A stretch of 64,000 nucleotides of DNA from an uncultured delta proteobacterium (GTDB lineage Bacteria; Desulfobacterota; Desulfobaccia; Desulfobaccales; 0-14-0-80-60-11), in contig CAWCKU010000001.1 in the NCBI GenBank assembly GCA_963796215.1, positions 127,032 to 191,031 on the forward strand. Direction: 5' to 3'. The notes under the pieces were generated by a model. It ran no database searches. It saw only the letters and a program-made list of their open reading frames with translations, and was not told where the DNA came from. Position 1 is the stretch's first letter, and every line of letters starts with the position of its first letter. The position numbers and the translations under genes are program-made. Of the stretch, positions 21,227 through 30,564 are shown one piece after another.

Positions 21227-22022
21227 TTAACAAACACAATCAGCCTGAAAAATCGCCGCCCACACCGCCAAAAACTGGCGGGCATAGGCGACGTTATGGG
21301 TGCGGACGATCCTGGCGCCGTGTTGGACCGCGGCCAACACCGCGGCCAGGGTGCCCACGTCCCGCTCCGGGCCGGCCGGCTGGCCGGTAAGATGGCCGAT
21401 GAAGCCTTTGCGTGAAGGGCCCACCAGCAGGGGACAGCCCAGCTCCAGCAAGGTCTCCAGGCGGCGCAGGATCTCCAGGTTGTGCTCCCAGGTTTTGCCG
21501 AAGCCGAGGCCAGGGTCCAGGACGATGAGGTCCCGGTCGATGCCCTGGGCCAGGGCGAAATCCAGGCGCTCCCGGAAAAAGGCGGCGATCTCCCCCATGA
21601 GGTCGTCGTAGTGGGGGGCCAGCTGCATGTCCCGGGGGGTGCCCTGCATGTGCATCAGCACTACCGGCGCCCGGGCGGCGGCGGCCAGCGTGGCCATCTC
21701 CGGGTCGAAACGCAAGGCGCTGATATCGTTGATGATGGCGGCCCCGGCGGCCAAGGCGGCCCGGGCCACCGCGGCCTTGTAGGTATCGATGGAGATGGGG
21801 ATGGGAATTTCCGGGGCAATGGTTTCGATGACGGGGATGACCCGGCGCAGTTCTTCTTCCAGGGGCACGGGTTCGGCAAAGGGCCGGGTGGACTCGCCGC
21901 CGACGTCCAGGATATCGGCGCCCGGCGGCCACCAGGGCCCGGGCGTGGGCCAGGGCGGCGGCGTGGTCGAAGTGGCAGCCGTGGTCGGCGAAGGAATCCG
22001 GGGTGACGTTGAGGATGCCCAT
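21227..22022 (-). CDS. folP: Dihydropteroate synthase, one frame disruption
   Basis: Pieces 21294-22022 (MGILNVTPDSFADHG..) and 21227-21868 (..SIDTYKAAVA..IINDISALR..LDPGLGFGKT..GPSRKGFIG). Frame change near 21870-21900. Confidence 0.9.
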
Positions 22023-22533
22023 GATGAGGGGCCGGGGGTTATCAGCGGCCAGGAGGGCCAGGCAGCTGAGATTGCAGGAGGGTAATTTATTGATTATCTT
22101 TCATAATTGAATTATAGGCGTTTTCAAATCTGATTTAGGTCGATAATTACTAATTTTACCTGATTATTTTGGCAAACATGAGACAAATGGGAGTCCCGCG
22201 TGTTTCTCAGCCTCGAAAAATGCGGCAATGTGCCGCTTTAACGCCGCCAGCGCCGGAGGCGTTTGACCGGCAAGCCCCTTTATTCCAGGAAATTCACTGA
22301 GAGCCGGGGCGTTGCGGAACAAATCATCTCCGGCGCTGGTTTTTGGAAAACGCGGCGTACCACTCTCCTATTATATAGATCGGAGAAAATTCCAGAGAAG
22401 AAGTTATGGTTGACTACTTTCCCAGTGCGAAGCCTGAGGCTTGGGAGCATGTCCCGTCAACTTGACAGAGAACAGTGCTAGGCAAGGCGGAAGCGCGCTA
22501 TGGCCCTAGCTGAAGCCTGGCACCAAAACCAAT

Positions 22534-22556
22534 GGCGGGCGGGACGCCCGCCCTAC
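22534..22556. repeat. REP-like palindrome (family 1 variant)
   Basis: GGCGGGC-gggac-GCCCGCC followed by CTAC. Confidence 0.6.
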
Positions 22557-22565
22557 CAGAGCTGC

Positions 22566-22596
22566 AAAAAAATAAGGGCAGGCTTGAGGCCTGCCC
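22566..22596 (-). terminator. Intrinsic terminator of ftsH
   Basis: Minus strand reads GGGCAGGC-cucaa-GCCUGCCC, then UUAUUUUUUU. It lies 25 nt after the ftsH stop. Confidence 0.7.
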
Positions 22597-22620
22597 CAGG
22601 TTAGCAGATTTACCCGTGGA

Positions 22621-24501
22621 TTACCACAGCCTCAAGCCTGCTGCAGGCCCATTAACTGGTCGGCGTCCTGGGGTTCCGGGGCTGTCTTCCGGGGTCTCGC
22701 AAGAAGCCATAATCTTATCGATCTCTTTGCTGTCCAGGGTCTCTATTTCCAGGAGGCCATGGGCCAGGGCCTCGAGTTGGGGCCGGTGCCTGGTGAGCAA
22801 GTCCACGGCGCTGACTGGAGGCGCTGAGCACCAGGTTCTTGATGGCGGCGTCGATGAGGCGGGCGGTTTCTTCGCTGAAATCCTTGGAATGGGCGAACTC
22901 CCGGCCCAGGAAGATGTGCTCTTCCCGTTTGCCGAAGGTGACGGGGCCCAGTTCTTCGCTCATGCCCCAGTTGCACACCATCTTCCGGGCCAGCTCGGTG
23001 GCCCGCTCCAGGTCATTGCCGGCCCCGGTGGTGAATTGGTTGAAGACCAATTCTTCGGCGGCCCGGCCACCCAGGAGCACGGTGAGGGTGGACATCAGAT
23101 AATCTTTGGGGTAGGTGTGGCGCTCGTCGATGGGCAACTGCTGGGTGAGGCCCAGGGCCCGGCCCCGGGGGATGATGGTGACCTTGTGGATGGGATCGGT
23201 GCCGGGGGTGAGCCTGGCCACCAGGGTATGGCCGGCCTCGTGGTAGGCGGTGTTGCGGCGTTCCCGCTCGGTCAGGATCAGGCTCTTGCGTTCGGTGCCC
23301 ATGAGGACCTTGTCCTTGGCCTGCTCAAAGTCGTCCATTTGCACCAGATCGCTGCCCCGCCGGGCGGCAAACAAGGCGGCCTCGTTGGCCAGGTTCTCCA
23401 GGTCGGCTCCGGAAAATCCGGGGGTGCCCCGGGCCAGGATGGAGAGGTCCACGGATTCGGCCAGTGGGGTGCGCCGGGTATGAACCTTGAGGATGGCCTC
23501 CCGGCCTTTGAGGTCCGGGACCGGGACCACCACCTGGCGGTCGAAGCGGCCGGGGCGCAGCAGGGCCGGGTCCAGGACGTCGGGACGGTTGGTGGCGGCG
23601 ATGAGGATGACCCCTTCGTTGGCCTCAAAGCCGTCCATCTCCACCAGGAGTTGGTTCAGGGTCTGCTCCCGCTCATCATGGCCGCCGCCCAAGCCGGCGC
23701 CCCGGTGGCGGCCCACCGCGTCGATCTCATCGATGAAGATGATGCAGGGGGCGCTTTTCTTGGCCTGGATGAAGAGGTCCCGCACCCGGGCGGCGCCCAC
23801 GCCGACGAACATCTCCACGAAGTCGGAGCCGCTGATGCTGAAGAAGGGGACCCCCGCTTCTCCGGCGATGGCCCGGGCCAGCAGGGTCTTGCCGGTGCCC
23901 GGGGCGCCCACCAGGAGCACGCCCTTGGGGATGCGGCCCCCCAGGCGGGTAAACTTCTTGGGGTCCTTGAGGAAGTCGATGATCTCCGACACCTCTTCCT
24001 TGGCTTCTTCGATGCCGGCCACGTCACTGAAGGTGATCTTGACGGTGTTTTCCGTCATCAGGCGGGCCCGGCTCTTGCCGAAGGACATGGCCTTGCCGCC
24101 GCCGGCCTGCATCTGGCGCATGAAGAAGATCCAGATGCCCACCAGAATCAGCATGGGAAGCCACGAAACCAGGAAGGTGGTATACCAGGCGTTTTCGTCT
24201 TTGGGCTTGGCGGTGATCTCCACCTTCTTGGACTGGAGGAGCTTCACCAGTTCCGGATCGGCCGGAGAGTAACTCTTGAAACCTTTGCCGTCGGAGAGTT
24301 CGCCGCTGATATCATCGCCCTGGAGGTGACCTTGGTCACCTTGTCAGCCTTCACCAGATCAACGAACTTGCTGTAATTGAGGGTGGTTTTGCCCTTGGTA
24401 TGCTCCACCGTATTGAAGTAAGTGAACAGGACAATCATTACCAGGGTGATGAGCAACCACAGGGCGATGTTTTTATAGAAAGGGCTTAAGCGGTTATTCA
24501 T
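22621..24501 (-). CDS. ftsH: ATP-dependent zinc metalloprotease FtsH (copy 1), two frame disruptions
   Basis: Pieces 24244-24501, 22715-24247 and 22621-22806. Motifs: Walker [20 protein letters not shown] region, HEAGH zinc site. Frame changes near 24245-24320 and 22805-22815. Confidence 0.9.
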
Positions 24502-24694
24502 TATGGTCCTTATGGTCCGGGCAGCGGACGGATTTCTGCCCGATACCAGTTATCAGTCAGATATTATTTTAAAGATAATCTGGGGATTAATGCAAGGGAA
24601 TCTTGCCGTTGGCACCGGCGCCGGCGAGAGCAAGGCGGCTGGCGGCCGGTCCGGGGGCGGGCCGCGCACCCGCCTCCCACAAGCCATGGTTTTA

Positions 24695-24907
24695 TTAAGG
24701 ATTAAGGTGTACCTGCCAAGGGCCGGTCTCCTCTGGAAAGAGGCCGGCCAGGCTTTCCCGGGGGATGCGCCAGGGGCCGGAGCCCCACTTCACCCCGTGG
24801 AGGCGGCCATCCCGGATCATGCGGTAGATGGTGCGGCGGGACAGGTCCAGGATGGCGGCCACCTCGTCGGGCCGGAAAAACCGCTTATTTTGCAGTAAGT
24901 CCATCAT
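24695..24907 (-). CDS. Excisionase-family (MerR-superfamily) helix-turn-helix protein, 70 aa
   Basis: RFFRPDEVAAILDLSRRTIYRMIRDGRLHGVKWGSGPWRIPRESL is the typical excisionase-type HTH DNA-binding domain. Confidence 0.7.
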   Translation of the reverse strand: MMDLLQNKRFFRPDEVAAILDLSRRTIYRMIRDGRLHGVKWGSGPWRIPRESLAGLFPEETGPWQVHLNP

Positions 24908-25060
24908 TCTTACCTCCTCATCGGCTCAAATTGTTCTACCCGCCTCTCGCGGCGGGAGATACCGCCCATGGTTTAGCGATGCAAGGCCAGGGCCAAATCT
25001 CTCTAGATATAACTAACCGAATTAATAGCTAAATATATCTACCTCCATTAATCCCCGGCT

Positions 25061-25117
25061 AATCTTGGGGGGTGTAGGGCCAGCAAATCTAGAGGTTAGG
25101 TAAAACCCCCCAAGATT
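25061..25117. repeat. 12-bp perfect inverted repeat with 33-nt spacer
   Basis: AATCTTGGGGGG (25061-25072) pairs with CCCCCCAAGATT (25106-25117). Confidence 0.85.
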
Positions 25118-25146
25118 GTCCGACCTTTCTTACCATTCCCGGCCTG

Positions 25147-25174
25147 GTAGGGGCGGCTCGCGAGCCGCCCCTAC
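25147..25174. repeat. REP-like palindrome, family 1 consensus copy
   Basis: GTAGGGGCGGCTCGCGAGCCGCCCCTAC is a perfect 28-nt palindrome. Confidence 0.9.
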
Positions 25175-25178
25175 AGGT

Positions 25179-25217
25179 CAATCAAATCCTAATCGCATCC
25201 AATCAAATCCCAATCGC
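25179..25217. repeat. Two 18-nt direct repeats with 21-nt period (candidate protein-binding iterons)
   Basis: CAATCAAATCCTAATCGC (25179-25196) and CAATCAAATCCCAATCGC (25200-25217) match at 17 of 18 positions. Confidence 0.85.
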
Positions 25218-25307
25218 TCCGGGTTTTGGGACAGAGGGGGACAAATGTCTTCCCGGGAGACACGGTTCTTGAAAGGGACGAAGGAAAGTTGAAAGGAGGT
25301 GGCGGAG

Positions 25308-25481
25308 ATGGGCCGAGAGCGATTGGTCAGACCCCGGGAGGTGGCCCGGCAACTGGCGGTATCCAGGTCCACCGTATATCGCTGGTTTTGGGAGGGCAGG
25401 CTCAAGGGGGTCAAGCTCAACGGCGGCACCCTGAGGATCCTGGAAAGCGCGGTGCTGGAGAAACTGGCCGAGGCGGATTGA
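25308..25481 (+). CDS. Excisionase-family helix-turn-helix protein, about 57 aa
   Basis: A GGAGG SD lies 8 nt before ATG at 25308. LVRPREVARQLAVSRSTVYRWFWEGRLKGVKLNGGTLRILESAV. It is divergent from the HTH gene at 24695-24907. Confidence 0.7.
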   Translation: MGRERLVRPREVARQLAVSRSTVYRWFWEGRLKGVKLNGGTLRILESAVLEKLAEAD

Positions 25482-25486
25482 GAGAC

Positions 25487-26284
25487 GTGACTGACATTGG
25501 GACCCCGGTTACCCTGAACCTTCCCACTACCGGGAGTCTCTGGGGCAGCGCCAAGACCTCGCAATGGTATTGCGTTTACGCTTTGGCGGGGGCTAACGAC
25601 AACATCTTTGCTCTCAAGGCCATGCCGGTGTTGCGGGTGGCGTCCCAAGACGGGCAAACCGTCGGCCTGCGCAACACCGGCAACACCGCCAACATCGGCT
25701 ACGGCTTTGCCGCGGGCGAACTCACCGACGGGCAGATCCTGGGGCTCAGCGGCGGCTCCCGGGGGCTGGCCCGCCCCCTCACCGGCCACAACACCGACAA
25801 CGGCACCGGGGGCACGGTAACTTACGGCGGTAACGCCTTGAGCCTGGCCCAGGGGGATTGGTTCGTGGTGCTGCCCCCCAACACCAACTTCCGTTATCTC
25901 GGCATGGTCTTTAATGATGCTGCCGGCAACCTGGCTCCTTTTTACCGGGAGAGGGGCCTCACCACCTGGCGCACCCCGGCGCTGCTGGCCTCGGGAGCCA
26001 TCAACGGCTACACCCTGGTGGATTTGGGGCTGGTGGCGCCGCCCACGGCCCGGCAGCTCATGGGATTTGCCGCGGCGGTTACAGGCTATGACCTGAAGCT
26101 GGCCGTCTCCTATGATGGGAGCTCGCCGGCGCTTCTTCTCCATGGGACCCCGCCCGCCAATGACTTTCAAGGGGTGCGGGGAGCCATGCCCTTTGCCTGC
26201 CGGGTGCTGGAGGGCCACAAGCTCTATTTGAATAACGACAATACCGCCAATCAGGCGGTGAAGATCACGGGTTGGAGGGAGTAA
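25487..26284 (+). CDS. Hypothetical beta-rich protein, about 265 aa (phage structural-like, unassigned)
   Basis: GTG at 25487 lies 5 nt after the HTH stop, in the frame of track ORF 25226-26284. The product is Gly/Asn/Thr-rich with no signal peptide or TM. The upstream part of the track ORF overlaps the HTH gene and is discounted. Confidence 0.55.
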   Translation: MTDIGTPVTLNLPTTGSLWGSAKTSQWYCVYALAGANDNIFALKAMPVLRVASQDGQTVGLRNTGNTANIGYGFAAGELTDGQILGLSGGSRGLARPLTGHNTDNGTGGTVTYGGNALSLAQGDWFVVLPPNTNFRYLGMVFNDAAGNLAPFYRERGLTTWRTPALLASGAINGYTLVDLGLVAPPTARQLMGFAAAVTGYDLKLAVSYDGSSPALLLHGTPPANDFQGVRGAMPFACRVLEGHKLYLNNDNTANQAVKITGWRE

Positions 26285-26286
26285 CG

Positions 26287-26448
26287 ATGCTGGAAGGGAA
26301 AAAGACCTATATCTCTGCCGCGGTCCTGGCCCTGGCGACCTGCATCCGGGGCCTGGGCTGGGTCACCCAGGAGCAGTATGAACTCATTTTGGGGCTGGCC
26401 AGCTCCCTGGGCCTGGCGGCCCTGCGGGCCGGGGTGGATAAGTCCTGA
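26287..26448 (+). CDS. Small membrane protein, 53 aa (below the ORF-track cutoff)
   Basis: ATG 26287 lies 2 nt after the previous stop. MLEGKKTYISAAVLALATCIRGLGWVTQEQYELILGLASSLGLAALRAGVDKS* has two hydrophobic segments and a holin-like layout. This is my own translation. Confidence 0.45.
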   Translation: MLEGKKTYISAAVLALATCIRGLGWVTQEQYELILGLASSLGLAALRAGVDKS

Positions 26449-26457
26449 AAAAGGAAT

Positions 26458-26550
26458 TTGGGAGAGGGGGCCAGGGCCGACGGCCCTGCCCCCTCTCCCA
26501 ACCCGGGTAGAAGGCTGGGGAAGCGGGCCTGCGGCCCACCTTCCCCAGCC
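26458..26550 (+). terminator. Two consecutive long GC-rich hairpins after the 53-aa ORF
   Basis: The first is 26458-26501 (TTGGGAGAGGGGGCCAGGGCC / GGCCCTGCCCCCTCTCCCAA, one bulge). The second is 26513-26550 (GGCTGGGGAAG / CTTCCCCAGCC with an inner GGGCC/GGCCC stem). Confidence 0.5.
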
Positions 26551-26561
26551 CAAAAAGATTC

Positions 26562-26587
26562 AGGGGCGGCTCGCGAGCCGCCCCTAC
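26562..26587. repeat. REP-like palindrome, family 1
   Basis: AGGGGCGGCTCGCGAGCCGCCCCTAC. Confidence 0.9.
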
Positions 26588-26668
26588 GCCGCCAAGCTGG
26601 CAGCCTCCGGCGACTAATAACCGAAAATCGAACACTGAAAAACGAAAATGGTATTAAATGGTATTAAT

Positions 26669-26932
26669 ATGAACTACCAAGACCTGGGAGAACACGCCAC
26701 GGCCCTGGTCACCCTGGTGGGGGTGTTTGCCGGGGTGAGCGGCCTGCTGCTCTGGCGCATGCTGGTGCGCCTGGAAAAGAAGATTGACGAGATGTCCCAG
26801 CACTTTTGCGCCTGCCGGGAGGAACTGCCGGAGCGCTTCGTGGCCCGCTTCGAACACGAAGTGGAGCATCAGGGCCTCTGGGAGGCCCTCAATTACCACC
26901 AGCACAACCTCAGGGGCCGGGTGGTGCGCTGA
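26669..26932 (+). CDS. Hypothetical single-pass membrane protein, about 87 aa
   Basis: ATG at 26669 (MNYQDLGEH..), TM segment ALVTLVGVFAGVSGLLLW, charged His-rich tail. It is preceded by the tandem ATGGTATTAA x2. Confidence 0.5.
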   Translation: MNYQDLGEHATALVTLVGVFAGVSGLLLWRMLVRLEKKIDEMSQHFCACREELPERFVARFEHEVEHQGLWEALNYHQHNLRGRVVR

Positions 26933-26941
26933 ACAACCGGG

Positions 26942-26968
26942 CCGGGGCGGGTTAGCAACCCGCCCCGG
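26942..26968 (+). terminator. 12-bp perfect hairpin after the 87-aa ORF
   Basis: CCGGGGCGGGTT-agc-AACCCGCCCCGG. No U-tract follows. Confidence 0.4.
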
Positions 26969-27117
26969 CGGCGCCGGCGAGACCCAGGTTTGGTTACTTA
27001 AATACTTTTTTCCTCAGGGAATTATCAGTTGTCGCCCCCGCCCCCCACAAACCACGCTAGATTGACTGTTGCCGCTTTTTTTGATAGGCATGTCGTAATC
27101 AAGGAACGGCGGCGTCC

Positions 27118-27726
27118 ATGAACCTGTTAGACCTGGGGATTTTAATCCTGCTCGGTTTGGTAACCGTGCGAGGATATTTTCGGGGCCTGTTTCAAGAACT
27201 GGCGGTTTTGGTGGGGCTGGTGGGGGGAGTGGTGGTCGCGGCCCATACCTACCTGCGGGGTGCGGAACTCCTGGCGCCCTGGATTACCGATCCCCAGTAC
27301 GCCCGGATTGTCGCCTTTGCCGTGGTCCTGGTGGCCGTCTACTGGCTCGTCCGCCTGGTGGCCCATTTTCTCCAGCGGCTCCTCTACCACCTCTACCTCG
27401 ATTTTTTCGATAGGCTGCTGGGGGGGGCTTTTGCCTTGGCCAAGGGGGCGCTACTGGTCGGCTTCGGCCTGATGTTACTCGGCCAGGTCCTGCCGAAAGA
27501 TTCCCGCCTCATTAAAGAATCCCACACCGCCCCGCAGCTCACCTATCTCGCCCGCCAATCTCTGGAACTACTGCCCCCGGACTTTAAACAACGGTTAAAC
27601 GATTATCTACAGAAATGGCAGAAGCGGGACACCCAGAAAAAAGCCCAGGACCGGGAGGCGCCAGGAGGAGTCCGGCAGGAGTTCGAGAACCTCGGTCGCA
27701 GCCTGAATAGCCTTGGTCGAAAATAG
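27118..27726 (+). CDS. cvpA: CvpA family membrane protein (colicin V production protein)
   Basis: MNLLDLGILILLGLVTVRGYFRGLFQEL.. with four TM segments is the typical CvpA N-terminus. Confidence 0.85.
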   Translation: MNLLDLGILILLGLVTVRGYFRGLFQELAVLVGLVGGVVVAAHTYLRGAELLAPWITDPQYARIVAFAVVLVAVYWLVRLVAHFLQRLLYHLYLDFFDRLLGGAFALAKGALLVGFGLMLLGQVLPKDSRLIKESHTAPQLTYLARQSLELLPPDFKQRLNDYLQKWQKRDTQKKAQDREAPGGVRQEFENLGRSLNSLGRK

Positions 27727-27833
27727 GCCGGGTGGTGCGCCCGCTTTATCAGCCATTTTTGAAAATTCGGCGCCGTCCCGCGGGCAGTGCCCCGAGAATT
27801 TAACTTAGCTAAACAATCGGAGGGTTTCTCCAG

Positions 27834-28637
27834 ATGCACCAAGACAGTGGCGACCCGGGAGCGAGGCTCAATGAATTCGCCGCCATCGTCCGGCGCTTGC
27901 GCGGCCCCGGCGGTTGTCCCTGGGATGCCAAGCAGACCCCGGAGACTTTAAAGACTTACGTTTTGGAAGAGACCTATGAACTGGTCGAGGCCCTGGACGG
28001 CGGCGACCCAGAGAAAATCAAAGAGGAATTGGGCGACCTGCTGCTGCACCTGGTGTTCTTAAGCGACCTCTATGAGGAGCGGGGTCATTTTTCTCTGGTC
28101 GAGGTGGTGGCCGGCATCGCCGCCAAGATGATCCACCGGCACCCCCATGTCTTTGACGGGGAGGAGGCTCGGACCCAAGAGGATTTGCGGCGCCTCTGGC
28201 AACAGGCCAAGGCCCGGGAGGGGAAAGCCCCGGCCGGCGCCTTGGGCAAGGTCTCGCCGGCGCTGCCCGCCCTGGTCCAGGCCCAGCGCCTGGGTGAGGC
28301 CGCCGCCCGTTTGGGCTTCGACTGGCCCCATGTCCAGGGGGCCCTGGACAAGGTGGAGGAAGAGTGGCACGAGTTCCGCCAGGCCCTGGAGGCCCCGCCT
28401 AATCCGGCCCGGGAGGAGGAACTGGGGGACCTCCTCTTTGCCCTGGTGAACGTGGGACGCTTCCTGAACATCGATTCCGAGGGGGCCCTCCGACGCACCA
28501 TCTATAAATTCATCAAACGCTTCAACGTGGTGGAGCGCACCCTGGCCAAACAGGGCAAAACCCCGGAGACCTCCACCCTGGAAGAGATGGAGGCCATCTG
28601 GGTGGCCAGTAAAAAAACCAAGGCCGCCTCCACTTAA
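27834..28637 (+). CDS. mazG: Nucleoside triphosphate pyrophosphohydrolase MazG
   Basis: LRGPGGCPWDAKQTPETLKTYVLEETYELVEA..EELGDLLLHLVF..HRHPHVF, plus the second MazG repeat EELGDLLFALVN. Confidence 0.9.
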   Translation: MHQDSGDPGARLNEFAAIVRRLRGPGGCPWDAKQTPETLKTYVLEETYELVEALDGGDPEKIKEELGDLLLHLVFLSDLYEERGHFSLVEVVAGIAAKMIHRHPHVFDGEEARTQEDLRRLWQQAKAREGKAPAGALGKVSPALPALVQAQRLGEAAARLGFDWPHVQGALDKVEEEWHEFRQALEAPPNPAREEELGDLLFALVNVGRFLNIDSEGALRRTIYKFIKRFNVVERTLAKQGKTPETSTLEEMEAIWVASKKTKAAST

Positions 28638-28710
28638 TGAGAGCCCGCCGTTCCCGCCCGTACCCTGAGCCCTTTTAACCGCAGTCGATGCTTGCCAAGG
28701 CCCCGAAAGG

Positions 28711-30564
28711 ATGATAAATACAAATGGATTAAGGGGTTATGCCAAGATGAGACCAAGCCGGATGCGGGGAGCTGTGCCCCTGCCATTGATTATTGCCTTA
28801 ATCCTGGCCGGCGCCATGGTTATTTCCCTTCTCTTCTATTCCTTCTGGCAGAAGCTCAATCATAACGTCGAAGTCATCCTGAAGGACCAGTTCAATCAGC
28901 AGCAGTTGATGCTGGCCCGGAAGATCGGCGACAATGTCGAATCCTATTTCGACTTTCTGGAAAATGCCCTCATGGGTTATGCCGGGTTGTTTCAAACCGC
29001 TGCGCCCCAGGAGCGGGAACTGGACGCGGCCCTGGCGGAGAGGTTTGCCCGGCACAAGCGCTTCGGCGTCCTGGCCATTGTGCGCTATAATCCGGCCGGA
29101 ACCGGGGTGCAGGTCTTCAGCACCGGGGCCGCGTCGCCGCCGGTCCGCAGCCTGACCCTACCGGCTCCCTATCTCCAGTGGGCCCGGGATCCGGCCCATC
29201 GCGGCCGCCTGTTTTTGAGCAAGACCTTCGATTACCCCGATGCCCCCTGGCAGGGACGCCGGCTCATGCGCTTTCTCACTCCGCTTTATTGGGGTGCGGA
29301 CCAGGTGTTTTCCGGGGTGGTGGAATTTCTCGTCGACCCCTTCTTCATCTGCGCCAAGGTCACCGACGGCGTGCGCTCCGGCCAGACGGGCTATGCCTGG
29401 ATCATCGACCAGGACGAAATCATGCTGGCCCATTATGAGAAGGACTTCGTGGGCCATAAGGCCCTGGAAATCCGCATCGCCCGCAACCCCCAGATTGTCT
29501 TCCGGGGATTAAAGGAACTCCATGTCTCCTTGTTGGCGGGCCAAGAGGGGATGACGGAGTACAACTCCGGCTGGCACCGGCAAAAATTGGGGCAGATGCC
29601 CAAGCTGGCGGCCTTCACCCCCATCTCGTTTAGCAAAGGCCTGATCACCGGGGTGACCGACCTGGAAGCCCCGGCCCACAATCTCTGGGGCGTCGCCGTC
29701 GTGGCCCCCGTGGAGGAAGTCTCCGGCCAGGTCAGGGGAGTCTTGCATCAGGAGTTATTTCTGGCCGGGCTCTTCTTTGCAGTGGTGGTGGTGGCCAGCA
29801 TCGCTTTGATTGTCACCGCCCTGGCCTTTAACAAAACCCTGGCGCGCCAGGTGGAACTCAAGACCAGGGAACTATTGGACTCACAGGAACGCCTGCTGCA
29901 TTCGGAACGTTTCGCCGCGGTGGGCGAGGCTGCGGCTTACGTCAGCCATGAGATCAAGAATCCCCTCATGGTTATCGGCGGCCTGGCCGGCCAGGTGGAA
30001 CGACATCTTGCCAGCGATCCGGCGGCGCAGGAAAAACTCCGCATCATCCAGGGGGAAGTCAAGCGCCTGGAGTCGTTCCTGGGCGATCTGCGGGATTTTC
30101 TACGGCCGGTGCATCCCAACAAGCAAGAGATCGATCTGAATGACATTATCTTGGAAGTCGAGACCTTGATGGCCCCGGCCGTTGAAGAGAAAGGCATCTT
30201 CCTGGAAGATCAGCTGGATCCCGGCCTGCCGCGGCTGCCGGCCGACCCTAACCAGCTCAACCAGGTGCTGGTCAACCTCCTCAAGAACGCCATGGAGGCC
30301 ACCGAAGCCGGTGACCGCATTATCCTGGCCAGCGGCTCCGAGGACAACCAGGTGTGGTTTTCCATCCAGGACACCGGCCGGGGGATGACTCCGGAGGTCA
30401 GGGAAAAGATCTTCCACCCCTTTTTCACCACCAAGGAAAAAGGCACCGGTCTGGGACTGGCGGTGATCCACAAGATTATCACCGACCACCAAGGCACCAT
30501 CGATTTAGATACCACCCCTGGGGGAGGCAGCACCTTCACCATAAGGCTACCGCTGAAAGGCTGA
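28711..30564 (+). CDS. Sensor histidine kinase with periplasmic Cache-like domain
   Basis: Two TM segments flank a roughly 300-aa extracytoplasmic region. The H-box is SHEIKNPLMVI. HATPase boxes NLLKNAMEA, DTGRGM and GTGLGLAV follow. The start could instead be the ATG at 28747. Confidence 0.85.
   Translation: MINTNGLRGYAKMRPSRMRGAVPLPLIIALILAGAMVISLLFYSFWQKLNHNVEVILKDQFNQQQLMLARKIGDNVESYFDFLENALMGYAGLFQTAAPQERELDAALAERFARHKRFGVLAIVRYNPAGTGVQVFSTGAASPPVRSLTLPAPYLQWARDPAHRGRLFLSKTFDYPDAPWQGRRLMRFLTPLYWGADQVFSGVVEFLVDPFFICAKVTDGVRSGQTGYAWIIDQDEIMLAHYEKDFVGHKALEIRIARNPQIVFRGLKELHVSLLAGQEGMTEYNSGWHRQKLGQMPKLAAFTPISFSKGLITGVTDLEAPAHNLWGVAVVAPVEEVSGQVRGVLHQELFLAGLFFAVVVVASIALIVTALAFNKTLARQVELKTRELLDSQERLLHSERFAAVGEAAAYVSHEIKNPLMVIGGLAGQVERHLASDPAAQEKLRIIQGEVKRLESFLGDLRDFLRPVHPNKQEIDLNDIILEVETLMAPAVEEKGIFLEDQLDPGLPRLPADPNQLNQVLVNLLKNAMEATEAGDRIILASGSEDNQVWFSIQDTGRGMTPEVREKIFHPFFTTKEKGTGLGLAVIHKIITDHQGTIDLDTTPGGGSTFTIRLPLKG

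Noticed and set aside
22532-24376. A 614-aa plus-strand ORF.
   Set aside because: It lies entirely antisense to ftsH. Its composition is low-complexity and Gly/Ala/Pro/His-rich, typical of shadow ORFs in high-GC DNA. The minus strand carries unmistakable FtsH motifs.
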